The translations under genes were made by a program, and so were the position numbers. Shown in pieces: positions 12,984 to 24,098 of a stretch of 64,000 bases of DNA. The first letter of the stretch is position 1. Every line of letters starts with the position of its first letter. The notes beneath the pieces were generated by a model, which saw only the letters and a list, made by a program, of their open reading frames with translations, ran no database searches and was not told the origin of the DNA. The DNA is from an uncultured bacterium (GTDB lineage Bacteria; Krumholzibacteriota; Krumholzibacteriia; JACNKJ01). The stretch is taken from assembly GCA_963695095.1 (NCBI GenBank), contig CAVOFT010000001.1:1024001-1088000 (forward strand), written 5' to 3'.

Positions 12984-13853
12984 ATGCGCGCCAAGCTCTT
13001 GCTTCCCTTTGCTTTCTGCTCGTGCCTCGGGGTGGCCTATGCGATCGCCCGCGAGCCCGTCGAGCTGCCTTCCGCCGTAGCCCCAGGGGCCACCGTCAAG
13101 GCGGCCCCGACCGTGCGCAGCCTGCTCATGGCCTCGCGCCAGGGGGCGGCGGCCGGCGACACCCTCGTCCTGGGCGTTCTCCTGGAGCCCGCGGCCGGCT
13201 GGCACCTCTACTGGCAGGGCCTCAACGACAGCGGGCTGCCGCCGCGGCCGCAACTGGAGCTGCCGCCGGGGGCCGTCTACCTCGAGGACTGGCGCTGGCC
13301 GGCGCCGGAGCGCCTCGTCTCGCCGGGGAAGATCCTCGATCACGTCTACAAGGGCCGGCTGCTGCTGACCGCTGCCGTTCTGCTGCCCCCGGAGCTGCCC
13401 GCGGGCGATGACCTGGCCATCGCAGGGCGCGTGGACTGGGTGGCCTGCCGCGAAGCCTGCCACTTCGGGAGCGACACGCTCAGCCTGCACCTGCCCATCC
13501 GCCCGGCGGGGATGCCCCCGCAGGCCTCGGCTGCCGCCGAGCGCATCGCCCAGGTGCGGGCGGCGCTGCCGCGGCCCCTGGCCGCGGGCGAGCAGGGCCT
13601 GACCATCGAACGCGGCGAGCGCGGCCTGCTGATCAGCGTGGCCGGGGCCAAGAGCCTCGCGTTCTTTCCGGCCCTGGGTTGCGTCAAGCTCCTCAACCCG
13701 CTGGCGGACGGGGAGGCCATCGGCGCGCGCCTCAACCTGCGCCTCGCCCATGGCCCCCTGGCACAGGGGAGCTTGCGGGGCGTCCTCGCCGTGCTGGCCG
13801 ACGGCGAACGCAGGCACTATCTTCTGGATCACCCCCTCGACCCGCCGCCCTAG
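12984..13853 (+). CDS. DsbD N-terminal-domain protein (protein-disulfide reductase-like)
   Basis: GWHLYW...DSGLP, WRWPAP, DWVACREAC; signal peptide; GGAGG RBS. Confidence 0.8.
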   Translation: MRAKLLLPFAFCSCLGVAYAIAREPVELPSAVAPGATVKAAPTVRSLLMASRQGAAAGDTLVLGVLLEPAAGWHLYWQGLNDSGLPPRPQLELPPGAVYLEDWRWPAPERLVSPGKILDHVYKGRLLLTAAVLLPPELPAGDDLAIAGRVDWVACREACHFGSDTLSLHLPIRPAGMPPQASAAAERIAQVRAALPRPLAAGEQGLTIERGERGLLISVAGAKSLAFFPALGCVKLLNPLADGEAIGARLNLRLAHGPLAQGSLRGVLAVLADGERRHYLLDHPLDPPP

Positions 13854-13883
13854 CCGGGAGCGGGTCCAACCAAGGAGCGATCC

Positions 13884-14492
13884 ATGCACCGCAGCCTGCG
13901 CGGCAGCCTCGCCGTTTGCCTCCTCGTCGCCTTCGCCCTGCCGGCCGCCGCGCTCGGCATCGGCGAGGCGGCCCCCGACTTCACGCTTCGCGACCTCGAC
14001 GGCAAGGAGCACCAGCTCGCCGCCTACCTGAAGGCGGGCAAGACCGTCGTGCTCGAGTGGTTCAACCCCGGCTGTCCCTTCATCGTCAAGCACCATGCGA
14101 CTCACAAGACGATGAACGAGACCGCCGCCGCCGTGGCGGACTCCGGGGTGGTCTGGCTGGCCATCAACTCGGGCGCGCCGGGCAAGCAAGGCCATGGCCT
14201 GGAGCTCAACAGGGAGGCGGCGCTGGACTTCGATCTCAGCTTCCCGGTGCTCCTCGACGAGTCGGGCACGGTCGGCAAGGCCTACGGCGCCAAGACGACG
14301 CCGCACCTTTACCTGATCAGCGCGGACGGCAAGCTGCGCTACCAGGGCGCCATCGACGATGCGCCCAGCCCCGGCGGACCGGTGGGGGAGACCAACTACC
14401 TCGCCGCGGCGCTGGCGGACCTGCTCGCCGGCCGGCCGGTGGCCACGGCCGAGACCAAGCCCTACGGCTGCAGCGTGAAGTACGGGGACTGA
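13884..14492 (+). CDS. exported redoxin (AhpC/TSA, thioredoxin fold)
   Basis: APDFTL, VVLEWFNPGCPF, YGAKTTPH, YQGAIDD, PYGCSVKY. Confidence 0.88.
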   Translation: MHRSLRGSLAVCLLVAFALPAAALGIGEAAPDFTLRDLDGKEHQLAAYLKAGKTVVLEWFNPGCPFIVKHHATHKTMNETAAAVADSGVVWLAINSGAPGKQGHGLELNREAALDFDLSFPVLLDESGTVGKAYGAKTTPHLYLISADGKLRYQGAIDDAPSPGGPVGETNYLAAALADLLAGRPVATAETKPYGCSVKYGD

Positions 14493-14519
14493 TCGCCCGG
14501 CGGGGTCCCTTCCTGCGCT

Positions 14520-14548
14520 TTGACAGCTGACCAATTCCATGATATCCT
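14520..14548 (+). promoter_or_regulatory. sigma70-type promoter
   Basis: TTGACA-N17-TATCCT with TG extension, upstream of 14576. Confidence 0.55.
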
Positions 14549-14575
14549 CCTCCTGAACTCTCAAGGCGGGGCATC

Positions 14576-16291
14576 ATGAAATTGCGCAGGACCCTGGCGT
14601 TGCCGGGCGCCCTGCTGCTCCTCGCAGGCAGCGGCGCCCCGGCGGCGGCTTGGCTCTGGGTTCAGGACGACTGGTCGGGCGGCCACTACGCCGAAGCCGT
14701 GCAGGCCGAAGCCGAGGCCGAGCCGGGCGAGCTGGTCCTGGCCAGCGATCCCGAGCGTTTCATCCCCGCCTTCGACGCCACCGATGCCTATGCGGGCATC
14801 TGGAGCCTGGTGCCCTACCAGGGGCGCCTCCACATGGCCGCCTGCACCGTGCCCATGTCCGACACAGGCGGCGACCTGCTCTCCTACGATCCCGCCACGC
14901 ATGCCACCACCCTCGACTACGCCGTCTTCGAAGAGGGCAACATCGTCCTGCGCGAAGAGGGCGGTCTCCTGATGAGCCCGGGCCTCGACAACCTGGGCAG
15001 CTGGGACTGGGGCAACCTCTATCTCAACGACGGCACGGGCTGGCTGCGCAAGGAGACGGTGCCCGGCGCCCTCCACGTGCACGACGTGGCCATGCACCTG
15101 GGCAGGCTCTACGTGACGACCGGCCTGGGCCCACCGGGCTTCGAGGGCGCCTTGCTCGTCTCCGACGACCTCGGCGACACCTGGCAGCAGGTGATGGCCG
15201 TGCCGCCGCACCCGCCGGACAACTACTTCCGGCGCCTCTACGGCCTGGCGAGCTGGGGCGGCGCCCTCTGGGTGCAGAGCGACTTCTGGTGGCCCGAGGG
15301 CAAGGTCGTCTACGAGCTGCGCGGCGGCGTCACCACCGCGCACACGGTGCCGGCCGGCGCCTACACCCTCTGCGGCTTCGCGAGCTTCGCCGGCCGTCTG
15401 CTCTGCCTCACGGGCACTCTATTGGACTCCTGGGACGGCAGCCTCTGGCGCGGCCTGCTGCTGGACCGGCCCTCCCACAACTTCGGCACGCGGGCCCTGC
15501 TGGTGCGTGGCGGGCGGGTCTACGTCGGCGGCTTCGAGGGCGCTTCCTGGACCGACGACTTGGCCACCTGGCATGCGCTCGAGTTCACCGATTTCGCCGG
15601 GAAGGAGGTGGAGGCCTTCGCCGCACTTCATGGCCGCCTCTACGCGGGCACGCTCGGGGCCGGGGAGGTCTACGTGAACCCGGCCGAGCCGGAGGGCCTG
15701 CTGGTCAGCGAGGCCTTCGGCGCGCCGGCACCATTCTGTGCGGGCAGCCTGGACTGGACGGGCATCCAACCGCCGGGAACGGGCCTTGCCTTTCAGCTGC
15801 GCTCCGCCGCCAGCGAGGCGCTGCTGGCCGCCGCCCCCTTCCTCGGCCCCGACGGCGGCGCCGAGAGCTGGTACACGCAGGCGGGCGCCCCGATCTCCTC
15901 GGCGCACTGCGGCGATCGCTGGCTGCAGTGGCGCCTGCGCCTGACGAGCGGCGATCCCGCCCTGAGCCCCGTGCTGGAGCGCGTGGCCATCGAGCTCGAG
16001 CCGGCGCAGGCGACGGCCGCGCCAGCCGCGGCCGCTGCGGGTGCGCTGCGGGCCTGGCCCAATCCCTTCACGGAGACGCTGCAGCTTGCCGCGCCCGGGC
16101 GCGCGGGGGGCGCCTTCGCGATCTACGACGCGGCGGGCCGCTGCCGGCGCCGCCTGCCGGCGAGCGGGAACGCCGCCGCCTGGGACGGCCGCGATGCGGC
16201 GGGCAGGCAACTGCCCGCCGGTGTCTACTTGGTTCGCCACGAAGGCGCGGGGGCGGCGGGAGCGACCTGCCGCGTGCTGCGTCTGCGTTGA
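14576..16291 (+). CDS. secreted beta-propeller-like protein with C-terminal FlgD-Ig/T9SS-like domain
   Basis: signal peptide; BNR-like SDDLGDTW; C-terminal AWPNPF...IYDAAGR...WDGRD..G..LPAGVYLVR. Confidence 0.75.
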   Translation: MKLRRTLALPGALLLLAGSGAPAAAWLWVQDDWSGGHYAEAVQAEAEAEPGELVLASDPERFIPAFDATDAYAGIWSLVPYQGRLHMAACTVPMSDTGGDLLSYDPATHATTLDYAVFEEGNIVLREEGGLLMSPGLDNLGSWDWGNLYLNDGTGWLRKETVPGALHVHDVAMHLGRLYVTTGLGPPGFEGALLVSDDLGDTWQQVMAVPPHPPDNYFRRLYGLASWGGALWVQSDFWWPEGKVVYELRGGVTTAHTVPAGAYTLCGFASFAGRLLCLTGTLLDSWDGSLWRGLLLDRPSHNFGTRALLVRGGRVYVGGFEGASWTDDLATWHALEFTDFAGKEVEAFAALHGRLYAGTLGAGEVYVNPAEPEGLLVSEAFGAPAPFCAGSLDWTGIQPPGTGLAFQLRSAASEALLAAAPFLGPDGGAESWYTQAGAPISSAHCGDRWLQWRLRLTSGDPALSPVLERVAIELEPAQATAAPAAAAAGALRAWPNPFTETLQLAAPGRAGGAFAIYDAAGRCRRRLPASGNAAAWDGRDAAGRQLPAGVYLVRHEGAGAAGATCRVLRLR

Positions 16292-16313
16292 AATGGGGAA
16301 AGGGAGGTCGAGG

Positions 16314-16964
16314 ATGAAACGAATGCTAGTGATCCTGCTGGGCCTGGCGCTGTGCGCCGCACCCGCGATGGGCGGCACTCAGAGCCTGGGGCCGACGAGC
16401 GGGCAGGCCCCCGTGGCGCCCACGGGGGAGCCGCCGGAGGGGGGGCGCTGGCTGATTGAGGACGGCAGCTTCGAGGAAGGCAATTGCGCTTACGGCTCCT
16501 GGTGGACCTGCACCAGCAACACCGACTGCGAGTGGATCGTCGATCCCTCGCCCATCTGGGGCTACCCAGCCTATGATGGCTACAATGCCGCCTGGCTGGG
16601 GGGCTTCTGCAACGATCAGCCCAACAGCAACTCCTTCTGCCAGGATGTCTTTCTCTGGGGCTGCCTCGGCGGGTGGATCGAGTGGAAATGGATGGGCTGG
16701 GTGCAGAACAACGACGGCAATACCATGCGCGTCACGGTCGACGGCGACGTCATCTTCGAGAAGGTGATGACGACGGCCGATCACACCGTCGGCACCTGGG
16801 GTACCCTCTGGGCGGAGGCCTGGCAGTACAACGGCACCTACGAGTTGTGCTTCGAGTTCGAGGCGACGACCGGCGCCAACATGCTGATCGACTACGTCAC
16901 GATGGCCTACTCGCCCACGGCGGTGATGCCGGCCAGCATCTCGACGGTGAAGAGCCTGTACTAG
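16314..16964 (+). CDS. secreted hypothetical protein with C-terminal ...[10 protein letters not shown] tail
   Basis: signal peptide [29 protein letters not shown]; Trp/Cys-rich body. Confidence 0.75.
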   Translation: MKRMLVILLGLALCAAPAMGGTQSLGPTSGQAPVAPTGEPPEGGRWLIEDGSFEEGNCAYGSWWTCTSNTDCEWIVDPSPIWGYPAYDGYNAAWLGGFCNDQPNSNSFCQDVFLWGCLGGWIEWKWMGWVQNNDGNTMRVTVDGDVIFEKVMTTADHTVGTWGTLWAEAWQYNGTYELCFEFEATTGANMLIDYVTMAYSPTAVMPASISTVKSLY

Positions 16965-16982
16965 GCGGGCGACGCGGGCGAA

Positions 16983-17949
<967 letters not shown>

Positions 17950-18143
17950 TCTCATGCCTCCCCCTGCGCCCCTAATCATAGGACTTGCCTGACGGGGCAC
18001 AAGGGCCAAAGCGAGCTTGGGAACCCTTTCCCATGGCGCCGCTTTTTGCTTGTCAGCCGAGCGGACCCCCTGCCATGATGCGCCGTTGGGACGCCGCTGC
18101 CATGCTGCCAAGCGGCCGCGGGTGGCGCCGAAAGGTAGGGTTC

Positions 18144-19362
18144 GTGCTTCAGCGACTGCTCTCGCTCGCCGCCTTGCTCGCTCTGCTCTACTTGCCCTCC
18201 CTCGCCATCGCTCAGGATTCGACCCTCGTCGCCACCTCCCTGCGGCCGCCCACGGGCCTTCTTGCCGCCGACAACCCCGACGACAACGGCCACGGGATCC
18301 TCCTGCGCTGGTCGGCCTCGCCCGATGACGCCGAGCTGCTGGTCTACGAGATCTGGCGCGGCCCGGCAGCGACGGCGCCGGATTCGTCCTGGTTCCAGGT
18401 CGGCAGCGAGCCCCGCGGCGGCGAGCGCTTCGTCCATTTCGACCAGGATCCCAGCTTCCACGGCGAGCCCAATCCCGCCTTTGTCGCCATCGGCGAGCCG
18501 GTCTTCCTGCGCCTGCGCGGCCGCGCGAGCGGCGGCCGCGTCACGGCCTGGACGCCGGTGGCGAGCGCCGCCGGGCGCGGCAACTGGTTCCACCGGGGCA
18601 AGACGAACATCCTCGCGGCGACGCTGCTCTTCGGCGGCGCCGTCATGTTCTTCATCGCCTCCTCGCGCCGGGGCCGCGAGCTCTACATCCGTCCCATCCC
18701 CGGCCTCAGCGCCGTGGATGAGGCCATCGGCCGCGCCACCGAGATGGGCACGCCCATCCTCTACGTGCTGGGCACGGGCACCGCCGGCGACGTCGCCACC
18801 ATCGCCGGCTACACCATTCTTTCCCGCGTGGCCCGCCGCACGGCGGAGTACCAGACGCCGATCCTGGTGCCGGTGAACGACCCGGTGATGCTGGCCATGG
18901 GCCAGGAGGTGGTCAAGGAGGCCTACACGCAGGCCGGCCGGCCCGAGGTCTACCGGCCCGAGAACATCAGCTACGTCTCGGCCATGCAGTTCCCCTACGT
19001 GGCCGCGGTGCAACGGCATCATGCTGCGCGAGAAGCCGGCGACCAACTTCTACATGGGCGTCTTCCACGCCGAGAGCCTGCTGCTGGCCGAGACCGGCAG
19101 CGGTACCGGTTCCATCCAGATCTCCGGCACGGACCAGGTGTCGCAGATCCCCTTCTTCGTCGCCGCCACCGACTACACCCTGATCGGCGAGGAGCTCTAC
19201 GCGGCCAGCGCCTACCTCTCGCGGGAGCCGGCCCAGCTCGGGCCGCTCAAGGCGCAGGACTATGCCAAGATCATCATCATCCTGATCATCGTCGCCGGGG
19301 TGCTCGCCCTCACCTTCGCGAAGTGGGACGGCATCCTTAATCTCGTGCGCACATCGGTCTGA
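18144..19362 (+). CDS. membrane protein with periplasmic FN3-like domain and DUF6754-like domain (frameshift near 19010)
   Basis: signal peptide, DNPDDNG..ILLRW, TM helix, [21 protein letters not shown]; shifted frame continues [10 protein letters not shown]...[28 protein letters not shown] name from recall only. Confidence 0.7.
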
Positions 19363-19368
19363 GGCGCC

Positions 19369-19998
19369 ATGAAGAAGCAGATACCCATCCTGATCGTGTT
19401 CATCACCGGCCTCATCATGGTGATGCAGTTCTTCGTGCCCCACGCGTACTCGGAGATCCTGTTCGAGTACGCCAACGACTTCGTCATCGTGATCGGCATC
19501 CTCGCCTTGCCCCTGGGCATCTTCTCCCTGATGCGGGGCACCGTGAACAAGGCCCGCAAGGACCCGCGCGAGCGCTTCTACGCCATCGTGACCATCGCGG
19601 GCTTCTTGATCATGGTCGCAGCCGGCGTCCAGCGCACCCAATTCACGACGCCGGGCACCCTGCTGCAGAACATGTTCAACTACGTGATGATCCCCTGCCA
19701 GGCGACGATCTTCTCCATGCTGGCCTTCTACATCGCCAGCGCGGCCTACCGCGCCTTCCGGGTGCGCACCTGGCTGGCCACGGTGCTGCTGGTGACGGCC
19801 TTCATCGTCATGCTGCGCATCGTGCCTTTGCCCGAGCCGCTCTCGAGCTGGAACAGCGCCGCCGTGCAGTGGATCCTGGCGGTGCCCAACATGGCCTCCA
19901 AGCGGGCCATCATCATCGGCGTCGGCCTGGGCGCCATCTCCTACAGCATGAAGATCATCCTCGGCATCGAGCGGGGCTACATGGGAGGCGACAAGTGA
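19369..19998 (+). CDS. uncharacterised polytopic membrane protein
   Basis: about 6 TM; FSMLAFYIASAAYRAFR and ILGIERGY; 6 nt after the upstream stop. Confidence 0.8.
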   Translation: MKKQIPILIVFITGLIMVMQFFVPHAYSEILFEYANDFVIVIGILALPLGIFSLMRGTVNKARKDPRERFYAIVTIAGFLIMVAAGVQRTQFTTPGTLLQNMFNYVMIPCQATIFSMLAFYIASAAYRAFRVRTWLATVLLVTAFIVMLRIVPLPEPLSSWNSAAVQWILAVPNMASKRAIIIGVGLGAISYSMKIILGIERGYMGGDK

Positions 19999-20026
19999 CG
20001 CGCGAGCCGGCGAGGAGTGTGAGCGC

Positions 20027-20873
20027 ATGAACGGCGCGGGACAGGCCTGGTACGATCGACTGCTGAACATCGACCGGCGCTGGATCTACTTGCTGATGGC
20101 CATCGTGGTCATCGTGCCGGCCATCCGGCCCTTCGCGGTGCCCGTGGGCATCTCGGGCGAGGTGCGCTCCGTGCACGATTTCATCGAGGCCCTGCAGCCG
20201 GGGCAGGTCGTCCACCTCGCCATCGACTACGACCCGTCCACCCTCGCCGAGCTGCACCCGATGGCCGAGGCGATCCTGCATCAGTGCTTCGACCAAGGAC
20301 CTGCGCCTGGTGATTACCGCGCTTTCGCAGTTCGGGCCGGCGATGGCGGACGAGGTCGTCACCCGCGTGGCCGCCGAGTACGGCAAGCAGGTCGGCATTG
20401 ACTACACCTTCCTCGGCTACAAGCCCTATCCGGGCATCACCATCCTCGCCATGGGCACCGATTACCGGGTGCCCTTTCCGACCGACTACTACGGTACGCC
20501 GGTGGACGCGATCCCGATGATGCAGGACATCCACAACTACGCCAATGTCGCCTGCGTCGTCTCGCTGGCGGGCGGCAACGTGGCCGACATGTGGATCCAG
20601 TACGGCAACGCCAAGTACGGCGTGCCCGTGGCGCTGGGCGTCACCGGGGTGATGGCCTCCGATTACTACCCCTATCTCCAGTCGGGGCAGATCTTCGGGC
20701 TCCTGCCCGGCGTCAAGGGCGCCGCGGAGTACGAGAGCCTGCGCGGCCGCCCGGGCGAGGCCTCCCGCGGCATGCCCTATCAAGTGACCAGCCACCTGCT
20801 GATCCTCATCGCGATGGTGGTTGCCAATATCGGCTTCATCGCCCAGCGGCGGGCGCGCGCAGGAGCGAGGTAA
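20027..20873 (+). CDS. uncharacterised membrane-anchored protein (frameshift near 20298)
   Basis: IDRRWIYLL TM, DYDPSTLAELHPM; shifted frame YGKQVGIDYTFLGY...YPYLQSGQIFGLLPGVKGAAEYE plus C-terminal TM. Confidence 0.72.
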
Positions 20874-20876
20874 GGC

Positions 20877-21512
20877 ATGGACATGAGCTGGACATCGCTC
20901 GTCTGGCAAGGCGGAGCCGCCTTCCTGACCCTGGCCGTCTTCTCCTTCCTCTACGCGGACAACCCCTTCTACAAGTTCGCCGAGCGGCTTTGGGTGGGCG
21001 TGGCCACCGGCTACTGGACGATGCTGCTTTACCATCAGGGCTTCAGCGACAAGGTTCTCCTGCCCATCTTCACCGAGCACAAGTGGTACTACTTCGCCCC
21101 GGTGGTGCTCGGCCTGCTGATGTGGTTCCGTCTCTCGCCGCGCCTGGGCTGGGTGAGCCGCTATGCCCTGGGCTTCTACGTCGGCATCTCGACGGGCATC
21201 TTCATCCCGCTCGCCTTCAAGACGGCGATCTTCCTGCAGGTGGAGGGGACGATCCGCCCGGTGAGGGGATTCTGGCCGACGGTGAACTTCACGCTGGCGC
21301 TGCTGGGCGTGATCTGCGGGCTGGCCTACTTCTTCTTCTCGCGGCCCCACACCGGCCTGCTCGGCGTCATGTCGCGCACGGGCATCTACACGCTGATGAT
21401 CGGCTTCGGCGCCGGCTTCGGCCTGACCGTGATGGGCCGCGTCGCCCTGCTGGTGCAGCGCGTCATCTTCATGCGCGACTACTTCGCCGCCCTGTGGGGC
21501 AAGCTCTTCTAG
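20877..21512 (+). CDS. uncharacterised polytopic membrane protein
   Basis: LTLAVFSFLYADNPFYKFAERLWVGVATGY and LMIGFGAGFG..VMGR; about 6 TM. Confidence 0.8.
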   Translation: MDMSWTSLVWQGGAAFLTLAVFSFLYADNPFYKFAERLWVGVATGYWTMLLYHQGFSDKVLLPIFTEHKWYYFAPVVLGLLMWFRLSPRLGWVSRYALGFYVGISTGIFIPLAFKTAIFLQVEGTIRPVRGFWPTVNFTLALLGVICGLAYFFFSRPHTGLLGVMSRTGIYTLMIGFGAGFGLTVMGRVALLVQRVIFMRDYFAALWGKLF

Positions 21513-21532
21513 CCTGGCCCGCGCCGCGGGCC

Positions 21533-22153
21533 TCAGCCGCCCTTGGGGCGCGGCAGCTCGAAGAGCGCTTCGCCGGCGACGTGCACGTACCAGTCGGCGC
21601 CCAGCCGGCCGATCAGGTCCAGCTTGCGCGCATCGGGCCCGTCCGCGGCGAGCACCTGCTCGGCGACGTGCACGTAGAGCGCCTCCCCGATGACGTAGTT
21701 GCTCGCCAGCGGCCCCTCGCCGTGGCGCAGGATGCGGTGGAGCCGGCACTCGATCGCCACCGGGCTCTCCGCCACCCGCGGCGGCTTCACGCGCAGGGAG
21801 GCCGCGCGCGCGAAGCCGACGGCGTCGAACTCGTCCACATCGGGCGGATAGCTCCAGGAGGCCTGGTTCATGCGGTCGGCCATGGCCCGCGTCACCACGT
21901 TGACCACGAACTCGCCCGTGGTCTCCACGTTGCGCACCGTGTCCTTCACCGAGCCGTCGCGCGTGTTGGTCGCGCAGAAGACGAGGCTGGGCGGGTTGAG
22001 GCCGCCCAGGTTGAAGTAGGAGAAGGGCGCCAGGTTGCCGCGGCCCGCGGGATCGAGACAGCTGACGAAGGCGATCGGCCGCGGCCCCACGATGCGCGTG
22101 AGCAGCTGGTAGCTGTCGCGGCGCTCCATGGCGCCCAGATCGTAACCGACCAT
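21533..22153 (-). CDS. flavin reductase family protein
   Basis: PRPIAFVS, NLAPFSYFN, KDTVRNV..TGEFVVNVV, PPRVAESPVAIEC. Confidence 0.9.
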   Translation of the reverse strand: MVGYDLGAMERRDSYQLLTRIVGPRPIAFVSCLDPAGRGNLAPFSYFNLGGLNPPSLVFCATNTRDGSVKDTVRNVETTGEFVVNVVTRAMADRMNQASWSYPPDVDEFDAVGFARAASLRVKPPRVAESPVAIECRLHRILRHGEGPLASNYVIGEALYVHVAEQVLAADGPDARKLDLIGRLGADWYVHVAGEALFELPRPKGG

Positions 22154-22158
22154 GGCGC

Positions 22159-23310
22159 CTACTCCAGCCAGCTGAGGAGGTAGTCCGCGTCCTCCACCGC
22201 GAGCGCCGATTTGGCGACGCGCAGGGGGCGGAAGGTGTCGAGCATCACGGCCAGCTCGTCGGTGCGCGCGGCGCCGATCGACTTTTCCATCGTGCCCGGA
22301 TGCGGGCCGTGCGGCATGCCGTCGGGGTGCAGGGTGAGCGAGCCGTACTCGATGCCCTTGCGGCTCATGAACTCGTCCTTGGCGTAGTAGAGCACCTCGT
22401 CGGACATGGCGTTGCTGTGGTTGTAGGGCGCCGGCACGGCGTCCGGATGGAAGTCGTAGAGCCGGGGCACGAAGGAGCAGACGACGAAGCCGTCGCCCTG
22501 GAAGGTCTGGTGCACCGGCGGCGGCTGGTGCAGGCGGCCGACGATGGGCTCGAAGTCGCCGATGTTGAAGGCCCAGGGGAAGTAGTAGCCGTCCCAGCCC
22601 ACGACGTCGAAGGGGTGGTGGGCCATCACCAGCTCGTGCAGCGCATTGTACTGCTTCGTGAGCACGACGAACTCGCCCTCCTCGTCGACGGTCTCCAGGC
22701 GCTCGGGCGCGCGCAGGTCGCGCTCGCAGAAGGGGCTGTGCTCGAGGAGCTGGCCGAATTCATTGCGATAGCGCCGCGGCGTCTCGATGGCGCCGGCCGA
22801 CTCGATGATCAGCAGGCGCGCCGGGCCCTCCAGCACGAAGCGGTGGATGATGCCGCGCGGGATGACGACGTAGTCGCCCTGCCGCAGGCTGAGCGTGCCC
22901 AGCGTCGACTCGAGGCGGCCGCCGCCCTCGGCGAGAAAGACGAGCTCGTCGCCCTGGGCGTTCTTGTAGAAGAAGTCGTCCACCCGGTCCGGCTGCGCGA
23001 AGGAGACGGCCACGTCGCGGTTGAAGAGCACGGGCCGCCGGTCCAGCACGGGGCTGCCGCCGGCCGGCAGGCGGTGCAGGCGCAGGTGGCGCGGCCGCAG
23101 GCGCACATCCGGGTCCGCTGCCCAGACGACCGGCTCGCGCAGATTCACGGCCTGGTGCCGGGTGGGCCGGCGCAGGTGGTACATCAGCGAGGCGGGGCCG
23201 GTGAAGCCCTTGTTGCCCATCAGGTGCTCGTAATGGAAGGCACCGTCCTCGCCCTTGAAGACGGTGTGGCGCTTCTGGGGAATCCTGCCCAGGCGGTGGT
23301 AGAAGGGCAT
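22159..23310 (-). CDS. hmgA: homogentisate 1,2-dioxygenase
   Basis: MPFYHRLGRIPQKRH, HPFDVVGWDG, HQPPPVHQTF, PYNHSN, HGPHPG. Confidence 0.92.
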   Translation of the reverse strand: MPFYHRLGRIPQKRHTVFKGEDGAFHYEHLMGNKGFTGPASLMYHLRRPTRHQAVNLREPVVWAADPDVRLRPRHLRLHRLPAGGSPVLDRRPVLFNRDVAVSFAQPDRVDDFFYKNAQGDELVFLAEGGGRLESTLGTLSLRQGDYVVIPRGIIHRFVLEGPARLLIIESAGAIETPRRYRNEFGQLLEHSPFCERDLRAPERLETVDEEGEFVVLTKQYNALHELVMAHHPFDVVGWDGYYFPWAFNIGDFEPIVGRLHQPPPVHQTFQGDGFVVCSFVPRLYDFHPDAVPAPYNHSNAMSDEVLYYAKDEFMSRKGIEYGSLTLHPDGMPHGPHPGTMEKSIGAARTDELAVMLDTFRPLRVAKSALAVEDADYLLSWLE

Positions 23311-23384
23311 GCTGGTCTCCGGTTGGCTGAGGGGGTAAGGCGGCGAGTGTGCCCGAAACCCGCCCGCTTGTAAACCGGCTGGTC

Positions 23385-24075
23385 GCTGACCCAAGGAGAG
23401 CCGGTGGGTCGCAGGCGCGGATCCGCCGGCGTTGCCGATGCCCACTGCGTAGAGGCCGACGCTGACGCCGAGGCGGGGATGCGTCTTGATGCGCTGCCAG
23501 GCGCGGAACATGCCGTCCGACCAGGAGATGTCATCGAAGACGAAGACAGCCTCCTCGGTGAGGTGCGGCAGCAGCAGCGCCAGGTACTGTAACGTGGCCT
23601 TTTCGTCGTGATGACCGTCGATGCCCGCGAAGTCGATGGCGGGGGCCCCCGCGAGATAGGAGACCAGGATGTCGGCGAAGCGTCCCTGTTCCGCGAGCAC
23701 ATTGGGCAGGCCCAGCTCCTCGAAACTGCGGCGCTAGCGCGACGCGGGGCGGCGAAAACTCCATCATGACCAGTTCGCCCCCGCCGTTTAGATCCAGGGC
23801 GCCGGCGGTGGAGGCGGCCGAGAGACCGATGCAGGTGCCGAGTTCGAGGCCATGCTCAGGTCGGAACTCGCGCAGCAGCCGAAAGAGCATGAGCAAGGAA
23901 AACGGTGCCCGCGGCTGTCGGCTCGAGCAACGTGCCCGATGGTCTATCCGTCCAGGTCGTCGCTGCGTCGCTCCAGGCGCTCGCGCAGGGCCCGCACCGG
24001 CGCAAGGCGTCCGGCCAGGGTATCCCGGAGCGCACGACTGAGAGCCGCCATCCGGGAATTGTCACTCGCCCGCAT
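23385..24075 (-). pseudogene. degraded class I SAM-dependent methyltransferase (Methyltransf_24-like)
   Basis: LELGTCIGLS and IDGHH...VFDDISWS lie in different frames; in-frame TAG near 23945; no proper stop before hmgA; boundaries approximate. Confidence 0.6.
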
Positions 24076-24098
24076 GCGGCGCAAACTGGGAGGCCGGA

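Noticed and set aside
22159..23700. Apparent methyltransferase-HmgA fusion
   Set aside because: The upstream part is a broken remnant; HmgA has its canonical MPFYH start with a GGAG RBS at 23310.
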